64,000 bases of DNA, from positions 433,195 through 497,194 of the IMG/VR virus record IMGVR_UViG_3300017971_000185. One strand, written 5' to 3'. The translations under genes were made by a program, and so were the position numbers. Every line of letters starts with the position of its first letter. The first letter of the stretch is position 1. The notes under the pieces are model-generated. The model was not told the origin of the DNA, did no database searches, and worked only from the letters and a program-made list of their open reading frames with translations. Positions 9,422 to 17,786 of the stretch are shown here, piece after piece.

Positions 9422-10015
9422 ATGGGTCAACTCAGGATCACACCGTTGCTCATAGCGCCGCAGTCGGCACAGCCGCCCTATCAGCTATTGGTAGCGAATT
9501 TCTCCAAGCCGCACACGCCCGAGTTTGGCACGACGGGAAGCAATCCCATTCGCACGAGGTCTGGGTTCGAGTGGCAGAACACGAGCTACCTGTCGTATGG
9601 ACACGACGCTGCTCGCAATACGGTCGTGGCAACAGGGACGGGTTCCCTTCTGACGAATCCTCCGTGGACGGGCCAGACGGGAGCTGTCACGATCAACGAC
9701 AACGACTTCACCACCGGGCGCGCGTTCGTTTTCATCGGTAGGTTTGTGCTGGAGGCAGGAGAGGACTTCGCCGTTGGGGCCAACGTGGGGGCCACGGCAA
9801 CGAACCTGGCGTTAGCGATTAGCAATCTGCCAGGCTACACCGGTACGCCCGCGGCAGCAGTTGTCAATGTCGTTGGGCCTCTTGGTAGCCAGGTGCTCAC
9901 GTGGCGAACACAAGTGTTTGGCGCCAAAGCCAACTTCTCGAATATCACGCCAGACAGTGGGTTCTTGGCTCCGGGCGATCCGCAACGTGGCGGCAACGTG
10001 ATTCTCCCCGCGTGA
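9422..10015 (+). CDS. Putative virion structural protein
   Basis: GGAGG RBS; GATATNLALAISN module resembles ORF 2207-3835. Confidence 0.5.
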   Translation: MGQLRITPLLIAPQSAQPPYQLLVANFSKPHTPEFGTTGSNPIRTRSGFEWQNTSYLSYGHDAARNTVVATGTGSLLTNPPWTGQTGAVTINDNDFTTGRAFVFIGRFVLEAGEDFAVGANVGATATNLALAISNLPGYTGTPAAAVVNVVGPLGSQVLTWRTQVFGAKANFSNITPDSGFLAPGDPQRGGNVILPA

Positions 10016-10022
10016 GGTCGTT

Positions 10023-10760
10023 ATGAGCCTTCGTAAGAGCGTCATCCGTCTTGCCTATGAGAAGCCAAATCTTCGGTCGTTTTTGCTTCCGCTCGTGACC
10101 CGCAAGAAGGTCGCGCGGGAAATTCCAAAGATTCTTGAGGGCAAGAACATCCGTGTCTATGCGGATCGTTTTATGATCAGGGTGGTCGAAATTCCTCAAA
10201 AGCCGCTCAGGCGTCGGAGTGTTCGCACCCTGTCGATTCCTATCAACGCACCGGGTAGTAGGCCCTTCGATGCGTTCATTGTGGACAACCTGCTTCACCA
10301 TCGCGATGGCGCCAAGATTGGCAAGAACGACACCTACGATCAGGCTCTCAAGAAACTCCAGAAGGCTCTCAGCAAAGCCGAGGAGTTGACGACCAAGGAG
10401 TGGGAGGAGCAGAAGATCGACGGCAAGCCTGATCCCTGGTTTCCTCGCATCAGCCAAGACGAAATCAACTACCTGTTGGTCGAGCCCTCGGACTACAAGC
10501 CGCTCAGCATCAAGGGCAAGGACTTCACTCTTCAAAGTACGTGGACCGACTTCAAGGCATACGACCCAGGTGCGGATTTCCAATCGCACGATCCAACATA
10601 CACGGTGATCGTATCGAAGTCTCCGACAGGAGCGCGGAAACTCTACAAGATGCTCAAGGTCAACCCTGACGCGCTCAAACGGGTGTCTTGGTATCAGCTT
10701 ACGGACTGGTTGCGCAAGAACAAGATCAACTTCGACAGCCATGGAAGCGTGTATCGCTAG
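10023..10760 (+). CDS. Hypothetical protein with LRKSVIRLA tag
   Basis: MSLRKSVIRLAYEKPNLRSFLLPLV...KKVAREIP. Confidence 0.65.
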   Translation: MSLRKSVIRLAYEKPNLRSFLLPLVTRKKVAREIPKILEGKNIRVYADRFMIRVVEIPQKPLRRRSVRTLSIPINAPGSRPFDAFIVDNLLHHRDGAKIGKNDTYDQALKKLQKALSKAEELTTKEWEEQKIDGKPDPWFPRISQDEINYLLVEPSDYKPLSIKGKDFTLQSTWTDFKAYDPGADFQSHDPTYTVIVSKSPTGARKLYKMLKVNPDALKRVSWYQLTDWLRKNKINFDSHGSVYR

Positions 10761-10766
10761 GTGTGA

Positions 10767-11453
10767 ATGCCGACGAAAGAACAGCTAGATCTCCTTGCTG
10801 ACAGTCCTCCAAATGCCACACGGGTCAAGGTCGTCACGGCCGAAGGGAAAGAGAAGTGGCGAATCCTTCCTGGTTTGGTTGGCCCCGAGGAGCAAGTCCT
10901 TCTCGATACCGACACGATTGCGCTGAGCAGCAAGAAGCGCAGGCCCATCTTCATGACGGGGAAGCCGGGGCGGAAGGTCCGTCCCAAGCGGGATCCCAAA
11001 GATGAGCTAGTCAAGGTCATCGTCAAGGACAAAGAAGAACACATGAAGAAGGATCCTCTTCTGGCTGCGGTTCGCGAGAACCCGGAGTCGGTGGAGGTTC
11101 TGCACGAAACGATCAAGGCCATAGCCAACGAGGTTTCCTCCCTGGAATTCGAGCGCATTGAGGCAGACCGCAAAGGCGAGGGCTCAGCCATGCTCTCGAA
11201 TCGTCGCATCGCGGCGTTGACCAAGATCGGTGACACATGGCTCAAGCGGATGGACCAGATCATGTCCAAGGGCATCGATCTGGAGAGCCCGGCTTTCAAG
11301 GGTGTCTACAACCTGATCATGGAGACGTTTCGCGAGGCCATGTCCTCTGCAAATATCCGTGAGGAGGCCATCAAGCTGACGTTCACCAAATTCAGTCACC
11401 GTGTCGAGGCTGATGATTGGTGGAACGAGGCTCGGATGAGGATGAAGCAGTGA
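10767..11453 (+). CDS. Helical protein, candidate terminase small subunit
   Basis: Directly upstream of and overlapping terL; assignment is positional only. Confidence 0.35.
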   Translation: MPTKEQLDLLADSPPNATRVKVVTAEGKEKWRILPGLVGPEEQVLLDTDTIALSSKKRRPIFMTGKPGRKVRPKRDPKDELVKVIVKDKEEHMKKDPLLAAVRENPESVEVLHETIKAIANEVSSLEFERIEADRKGEGSAMLSNRRIAALTKIGDTWLKRMDQIMSKGIDLESPAFKGVYNLIMETFREAMSSANIREEAIKLTFTKFSHRVEADDWWNEARMRMKQ

Positions 11454-13588
11454 CCCGGTCGAGCCTAGCGGAGATAGCCCGAACGGTCGGCTCCTTCTGG
11501 GACAACAACGCGGCTTCCGGGCAGACAGAGGTGGTGGATGTCATCACCTTCATCGAGGAGTGGGCAGGCCGCAGGCTTTTCCCAGCACAAAGAGTCATCC
11601 TCAAGGCCCACTACGGGCTGGCTCTCGATGACAGCCCGGCTGGCTTTTCAGAGGAGCTACTGGCGTCTTACTCGACCGTGGATCTCCTGGCTCTGGCGCT
11701 GGAGGAAGATCCCAAGGTCAGTGGTCAGGCAGATCGAGCGCAACTCATTCGGACCATCATGCGCAAGACCGTCGTCATCTATGATGACGATGCTCCTTGG
11801 CGCAAGACGCCAGCCTCAGCGAAGTGGCTGACTGAGCGCGAGTACCTGCACTATCTGTACGACAACCAGCGTGCGAACATTCGCGAGGTCATTCCCGGCG
11901 AAGAACGCCGGGAGATGATCCTGAGTGTCGGACGACGGTCAGGAAAGACTGAGTTGTCGGCCATCATTGCGGCTTACGAGACGTACAAGCTGCTGGCCAA
12001 GGGGGATCCGCAGCTTTTCTACGGGCTCCCAAACGGCGAGACGATTCAGCTTATCTCTGTTGCTACTGATCGTGATCAGGCGAGCATTCTCTACGGCAAG
12101 GTCAAGGCGATCTTCAACGACACGGACTACTTCGCGGCTCACCGGGCCAACTCGACCCAGACCTTTGCGAAGTTTCAGACGGCGAGGGACATCCAAGACT
12201 TCGGTCGGTTTGATGGCAATGCTCAGCAGGCGAGCATCAACGTCACTTTCCGTTCGTGCATCGCGAAGGGGCTGCGTGGTCCCGGTAACATCGTCGCCAT
12301 CCTAGACGAGATCGCTCACTTCACAGATGCAGGGCAGTCGTCGGCAGAGGAGGTCTACAAGGCGATCTCTCCGTCGCTCTCGACGTTTACTCCGAAGGAT
12401 CCCGACAACCGAACCAAGGCGCTCACGGAAACATCCGATGGGCGCATGATTCTGATCTCATCTCCGCTTGGTCGGCAGGGCAAGTTTTTCGAGTTGTTCC
12501 AGATGGCGATGAAGGGCGGCTCTGGGTCGGCCAACATGCTGGCGATTCAGGCACCGACGTGGGAGATCAACCCGACCATTCCGCCGGGAGAGTACGAGAA
12601 AGAGTACGCCAAAGATCCTATCCAATTCATCACGGAGTTTGGCGGCGAATTCTCCAGCCGGACGCTGGGTTGGATCGAGGTCCGCAAGGATCTGCTCGAA
12701 TGCGTGGACCCGACGCTTCGCCAGCGAACACGCGGGCTCCCTCGTGTTCCTCATTTCATGGGGATCGACTTCGCGTTGGCTCAAGACGGCACGGCCGTAG
12801 CCATCGGTCACATCGAAGGCCCCAAGGTCATCCTCGACTACATCGATGAGATCCGTGCCGGGACGCCAGGGCCCTACGAGAACCATGAGCGGCTCGACTA
12901 CGAGGAAGTGGCTGACTGGATTCGGGACTTGTCGAAGAAGTTTCTGATCGAGGAGGGGATGTTCGATCAGTGGGCCGGGATCATCTTTGAGCAAGCTCTT
13001 GCGAAGCGCGGACTTGCCCAGATCAAGACGCAACACCTGACGGGTCCTCTGTCGAGCCAGATCTTCAAAAACTTCAAGGATCTGATGTACGAGAGGCTTC
13101 CCGGCGGAGAGTCGCGGCTCGTTCTCTACGATGACATGCCCGATAAGGACAAGACGGGGATGAGCGAGGACGCGTACCGGGAGGCACTGGCGGCGCAGGA
13201 CGAGATGGGGGAGGGCGACGATCCGAAGGAGGAAGAAGGGCCTATCTCGTATCTCCAAGAGTTGCTGGAGCTACAGGCCACGATCAAGTCCAAGTACATC
13301 GTGGAGGTCAAGGCTCCCAATCTCGTTGGTAAGCATGACGACCGCTCGGATGCTCTGGTGCGCATGGTGTGGCTGGCTTCGCAGAGACTTGGAAACATCA
13401 AGTATATCTCAGGGCAGATAGCTCAGGGCGTTGGCCCCAATCGACACCGAATCTCAGAAGGTGCGGTTGTCAAGGCGCGAATGAGGGCGATGCAGAGTGG
13501 TAGCCATGAGCATCGGACTGTTCGCCAGCGCCAGGGTCACTATGTGCGTCCAGTGCTCGGGGTTCGCGGAGGAAGGCTAAAGGGGTGA
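11450..13588 (+). CDS. terL: Terminase large subunit
   Basis: Walker A VGRRSGKT, Walker B ILDEIAH, coupling motif LISSP, nuclease GIDFA..D and HDDRSDA; GTGA overlap favours start 11450 over 11417. Confidence 0.9.
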   Translation: MTRSSLAEIARTVGSFWDNNAASGQTEVVDVITFIEEWAGRRLFPAQRVILKAHYGLALDDSPAGFSEELLASYSTVDLLALALEEDPKVSGQADRAQLIRTIMRKTVVIYDDDAPWRKTPASAKWLTEREYLHYLYDNQRANIREVIPGEERREMILSVGRRSGKTELSAIIAAYETYKLLAKGDPQLFYGLPNGETIQLISVATDRDQASILYGKVKAIFNDTDYFAAHRANSTQTFAKFQTARDIQDFGRFDGNAQQASINVTFRSCIAKGLRGPGNIVAILDEIAHFTDAGQSSAEEVYKAISPSLSTFTPKDPDNRTKALTETSDGRMILISSPLGRQGKFFELFQMAMKGGSGSANMLAIQAPTWEINPTIPPGEYEKEYAKDPIQFITEFGGEFSSRTLGWIEVRKDLLECVDPTLRQRTRGLPRVPHFMGIDFALAQDGTAVAIGHIEGPKVILDYIDEIRAGTPGPYENHERLDYEEVADWIRDLSKKFLIEEGMFDQWAGIIFEQALAKRGLAQIKTQHLTGPLSSQIFKNFKDLMYERLPGGESRLVLYDDMPDKDKTGMSEDAYREALAAQDEMGEGDDPKEEEGPISYLQELLELQATIKSKYIVEVKAPNLVGKHDDRSDALVRMVWLASQRLGNIKYISGQIAQGVGPNRHRISEGAVVKARMRAMQSGSHEHRTVRQRQGHYVRPVLGVRGGRLKG

Positions 13589-13589
13589 C

Positions 13590-13868
13590 ATGGCAAAGAT
13601 CCTTCAGCCTTCAGATCTCCTCCGGGCTGACCATCGGTTGATCAAGGATCTCATCCGTACCATGGGGAAGGCGGAGAAGGTCCAGCACCTTCCCCAAGAG
13701 TACGAGTGGGTCTGTGGGTGCTTCTCTGGTCTGGGGGGTTCGTGGGAGGCAGCGGCGAAGGGGAGCGTTGCGCAGATTGATCTGCTCAAGAAGATCATCA
13801 AGAACGCGATCAAGACCAAACGAATCAGCCCTGCGCCAAAGTGGGGCGGGTACAGTGGGAAGGGATGA
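13590..13868 (+). CDS. Hypothetical protein
   Basis: 92-aa ORF between terL and portal. Confidence 0.55.
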   Translation: MAKILQPSDLLRADHRLIKDLIRTMGKAEKVQHLPQEYEWVCGCFSGLGGSWEAAAKGSVAQIDLLKKIIKNAIKTKRISPAPKWGGYSGKG

Positions 13869-14278
13869 CGCTACTCTCCGCGCGCGATCCCGCAGTCCGT
13901 GCCCTGCCCCCTCGGCAGCGCCAGGCATACCTGCGGTATCTAGATGAAGGGGACCAGGAACGGGCTGCCGCGGTGCTGGAGCGGTCTCCGACGTGGCGGG
14001 CCGCCAGGAGCCGCCAGGAGGCCCAGGAGGCCGAAAATACTGCCTTGTTGCAGCGGGGGACCGGTTCGCTGGAAGAGGCTGAGAGGGCTCTCAGGAGGGC
14101 TCTGAGGGCGTTTAGGAGCATTCGGATAGCCAAGCGCGGTCCAGAGCACCGGGAAATGAGGTTTTTGGTCGGGAACATAGGGGACGCGTTATCCGCAGTC
14201 AGGCGCGCAAAGCGTGGGTCGCTCGTTGACTACAGCGACCCGGATTTGGCTATCAGAGACAGAGACTTAGAAGGCTAA
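13865..14278 (+). CDS. Hypothetical R/A/E-rich protein
   Basis: ATGA overlap with the upstream stop; helical composition. Confidence 0.5.
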   Translation: MTLLSARDPAVRALPPRQRQAYLRYLDEGDQERAAAVLERSPTWRAARSRQEAQEAENTALLQRGTGSLEEAERALRRALRAFRSIRIAKRGPEHREMRFLVGNIGDALSAVRRAKRGSLVDYSDPDLAIRDRDLEG

Positions 14279-14280
14279 TT

Positions 14281-17200
14281 GTGGCGTCTCCAAGGAAACG
14301 CGTTCGCGCTCGGACATGCCTGCGGGTGACCCCCAAGCGACGGGTCATCGCGGGATCAGCGGATGTTCCGACCAACGGAGATGCTCAACTCGTGGGCCGA
14401 GTACCCACGCGGACAGACCGGCGAGAGGAGCTATCGGTAGGTAAGCCGCAGCCTCTCATTCGTGGCTCGATGAGGTCGAAGATCGCTACGTGTGGTGGGT
14501 CGGCTTTCAGCGGCTACGGAGGAGCCGGCGGCGTAGGAGGCATAGGTGTTTCTGGCGGCGGTTCGGGTGTTGGGTCGGCGGGATCATCCACGCTCGGAAG
14601 TGGTGGCAACTTCTATTCGCCCGAGCTATCCACCGATTTCCTTGAGCTACCGCAGAGCCTAGACGAGCAGCGAAACTACTTCCGGTTCTTCTACCGGGCT
14701 GATCCGTTTGTTGGTCAGGCCATCGATCTACACACGGAGCTACCGCTGTCCAAGATTCGTCTCGGTCGCCCCGAGGCCAAGAGCAAGGAGCTTGGCGATC
14801 AGTCATTGGACTTCATCAAACGTTGGTGCAAGAACATCGGGTTGTTGCATCGGCTGATCGAGATCGTTCACGAGTACAACCTCCTTGGTGAGGTCTTCAT
14901 CTTCTTTGAGGACCGCAACCCGGAGATGCCCGAGGATATCCGTGTCGAGCGGAAGTATGTCTTGCCGGATGAGGAGGGTGCGGAGCTGATCGAGCAAGCC
15001 GAGGAGCGCGACAACGCGGACGAGCGCGCTGCCGACTGGATGCAGGCAAACTACGAAGGATGGACGGCGATCCGCGTGCTTCCGCCGGAGCAGATTCATC
15101 TTGAGGGCTTTCCCTTTACGGATGAGAAACTCATCGAGCTAATCCCTGACTCCAAGACCAAGGCCATCATCGAGATGGCTGGCAACGGCGACGAACGAGC
15201 CAAAGAGATTGTGGAGTCGATGCCTGCGGATGTCGTGAGTGCGGTTACGGATGGCAAGAACATCCCGCTCAACACGAATCCGAAGGCAGGGTCGTTCTGC
15301 TACTACATGGCGAACAAGCGCAGCCAGTACGAGCCCCGCGGGCACTCTCGTCTGGAGCGCTGCATTCGCACGCTCGTCTATAAGGACAAGTGTCTGCTTC
15401 CGGGCTGCTTGGTTTGGGTGAGGAGAAAGGGTATCCCGCAGCAGGTCCGAGTAGAGACGATTCAAGACGGGGAATTCTTACTTACGCACAAGGGGAGATT
15501 TCGCAAGGCTATAACCGGGTCTCGGGAAATTGAAGAAGATATTGTTGCTCTGGCGGTGGAGGGAATCCGGCGTCCGCTTTGTGTGACGAGGGATCATCGA
15601 GTGTTGGTTGTGGAGGATGGTGTTGAGCGATGGATCGAAGCAGGTGAGTTGAGGCCGGGGCAGCAGCTTTGCGAGCCTTCGATTGATAACGGGGATAGGC
15701 GGAGGACGTTTGATCTTAGAAAGTGGTGGGGCAATCGTCATTTTGCGGTCCAACGAAGAAGTCTTTGCGGGGGGGAGACTTGTATTGTGGACCGTCACTT
15801 GAGTGTTTGTGAGGTAAGCGAAGAGGACAACACTCTATATGTAACATTTAGTTTTCCGCAGGATCATGTCAATCGTGTCGGGGCCGTACAAGGAATGAGG
15901 AAATTGCTAGAATGGCTCAGAGATTTGGAGAGACCTACTCAGGTTTCTTACAAGGCTCTTTCTGAGGTTACTGGCATTTCTCCTGTTCGCTTAAGGAACT
16001 ACGCGTTTACACTAAGAAAGCGTTTGGGTCTGCGGATGGATACAACTCCAGTAGGGGCAGGTCCGCGCAAGACTACGTGGCATCCCGCGCCCCCAGACGC
16101 CGAGGTTCCTGATGAGACTCAGTATCATACGTTGGCTTCGGGTCTTTGCGAAGTTCCTCTGACGGAAGACGTGTGTTATTTGCTTGGTGCTTTTTTGGGT
16201 GATGGGGCAATATGGCACAGCGATTGTAGATTTCTCAATACCTGCTATGTTGAGTGGTCGTTCGGCGGCGACGCCATTTCGTTAAAAGTACGAGATCGGA
16301 TCGCCCGCATTGCAGGAGATTTGATCAGCGATGAGAATCTGCATTTTACCCCTGTAATGGGGGAATACGACACGGAGAGTGCGATTCATTATGTTCGTGT
16401 TGAGGATGAATTGTTTGCACGATGGGTAGCCGAGGAGATGGGCGTTGACTGCTATACTAAGCGGTTGCCTTTTTGGGTGTTTGAGCTAGCAGATGAACAA
16501 ATCAAGGCGTTGCTGTGTGGCCTACTTGATACGGACGGATCGTTGAAGGTTGGATTGCCTTCTAACGATAAAACTGTCGAGATCTCTGTTGAGTTGGCAA
16601 ACGCTACATTAATTGATCAGTTACATCTCTTGTGCAATCGTGTGGGGCTTGTGTCGTATGTTGGGCAATGCACGAGGTCTGCAACTTCGATAACGCGCCG
16701 CTGGAAAACAAAATCCGGGATGCGGGAGAAGACATACACGTACCCGGAGGCAACATATTATTCGCTGAGAAGCACAGATTATTCTAGTGTTAGGGAGTGG
16801 AGTAGGGGTTCAGTTAAGGGAGAAGAAACAGAGTGGGTTGAGCGAAAGTATACTTGGCGTTCGCGGTTTGATCATAATAGGCTGACTCGAAGAATCACTG
16901 GAGTGGAGAGAATTCCATACACGGGTACGGTGTATTCGTTTGATGTAGAAGAAGATGAGTCGCATACAGGCGGTGGATTGCTTTTGCATAACTGTCGGCA
17001 AGCCCAGACATCGATCGCATCGCGTCATATGACTCCAATTCGCCTGGTCTACGCTGAGAATATGAACCAAGCGCAGACCGAGGCCCTCCGAGATCAGATC
17101 GATCTGGCGCTGCAAGATCCCGACTACAGCATCGTCACCAACTTCCAGGTGACGTGGGAAGAGATGACACCGCAGGGTCGTCTCTTGGAGCTTTCGGGAG

Positions 17201-17748
17201 AGTACGAGCTAATCAACCGGGAGCTTTACGCGGGGCTCGGGGTCACGGAGTCGTTGCTGTCTGGCGAGTCGAGCTACAGTGGCGACCGCATCAATCTGGA
17301 GGTCATCAACGTCCGCTACATGCTCATGCGTGAGATCGTTCAAGATCTCATCGAGGAGTATTGCTTCAAGCCCATGTGCGCGAGGATGGGCTTCATCGAG
17401 ACCGTCAATGGCAGGGATCAGGTCGTCTATCCGAAGCTGAGCTTTACTCGGCTTGCGCTTCGGGACAATCAGGACACCTACGACGCACTCTACAACCTCT
17501 ACTCGAAAGGCTCGATCCCGGTTTCGACCATTCTGGACCTTCTCAACATCGATCCAGAGTCGGCGGCGGAGGAGTTGGAGCGCGACTTCGCGACCTTCCA
17601 AGACGCGACGTTCAACGAGGTTCTCCGCGGTGCCTACTCCAGCGTGGGAACCAAGCTGGCTGACGATACCGACTTCACGGAGATGATCGCCAAGCGGCTT
17701 GGGCTCAAGTACGAGCCGAAGGAGGAAGGCGGCGGAGGACGGTTCTAG
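14281..17748 (+). CDS. Portal protein interrupted by an intein
   Basis: Position after terL; FFYRADPFVGQAIDLH, RGHSRL, LYAGLGV, FKPMCARMGF..YPKLSF are portal-like segments. Confidence 0.8.
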   Translation: MASPRKRVRARTCLRVTPKRRVIAGSADVPTNGDAQLVGRVPTRTDRREELSVGKPQPLIRGSMRSKIATCGGSAFSGYGGAGGVGGIGVSGGGSGVGSAGSSTLGSGGNFYSPELSTDFLELPQSLDEQRNYFRFFYRADPFVGQAIDLHTELPLSKIRLGRPEAKSKELGDQSLDFIKRWCKNIGLLHRLIEIVHEYNLLGEVFIFFEDRNPEMPEDIRVERKYVLPDEEGAELIEQAEERDNADERAADWMQANYEGWTAIRVLPPEQIHLEGFPFTDEKLIELIPDSKTKAIIEMAGNGDERAKEIVESMPADVVSAVTDGKNIPLNTNPKAGSFCYYMANKRSQYEPRGHSRLERCIRTLVYKDKCLLPGCLVWVRRKGIPQQVRVETIQDGEFLLTHKGRFRKAITGSREIEEDIVALAVEGIRRPLCVTRDHRVLVVEDGVERWIEAGELRPGQQLCEPSIDNGDRRRTFDLRKWWGNRHFAVQRRSLCGGETCIVDRHLSVCEVSEEDNTLYVTFSFPQDHVNRVGAVQGMRKLLEWLRDLERPTQVSYKALSEVTGISPVRLRNYAFTLRKRLGLRMDTTPVGAGPRKTTWHPAPPDAEVPDETQYHTLASGLCEVPLTEDVCYLLGAFLGDGAIWHSDCRFLNTCYVEWSFGGDAISLKVRDRIARIAGDLISDENLHFTPVMGEYDTESAIHYVRVEDELFARWVAEEMGVDCYTKRLPFWVFELADEQIKALLCGLLDTDGSLKVGLPSNDKTVEISVELANATLIDQLHLLCNRVGLVSYVGQCTRSATSITRRWKTKSGMREKTYTYPEATYYSLRSTDYSSVREWSRGSVKGEETEWVERKYTWRSRFDHNRLTRRITGVERIPYTGTVYSFDVEEDESHTGGGLLLHNCRQAQTSIASRHMTPIRLVYAENMNQAQTEALRDQIDLALQDPDYSIVTNFQVTWEEMTPQGRLLELSGEYELINRELYAGLGVTESLLSGESSYSGDRINLEVINVRYMLMREIVQDLIEEYCFKPMCARMGFIETVNGRDQVVYPKLSFTRLALRDNQDTYDALYNLYSKGSIPVSTILDLLNIDPESAAEELERDFATFQDATFNEVLRGAYSSVGTKLADDTDFTEMIAKRLGLKYEPKEEGGGGRF
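15391..16992 (+). mobile_element. LAGLIDADG intein (534 aa) in portal
   Basis: K|CLLPG N-terminus; TVYSFDVEEDESH..LLHN|C C-terminus; LLGAFLGDG and LLCGLLDTDG; AT-richer codons than the exteins. Confidence 0.92.
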
Positions 17749-17753
17749 GCTGA

Positions 17754-17786
17754 TAGATAGCCTATCTAAGCCCTCTATCGAGGGCT
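17754..17786 (+). promoter_or_regulatory. Palindrome plus RBS-occluding hairpin
   Basis: TAGATAG-C-CTATCTA followed by AGCCCTC-TATC-GAGGGCT, which abuts ATG 17787. Confidence 0.45.
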
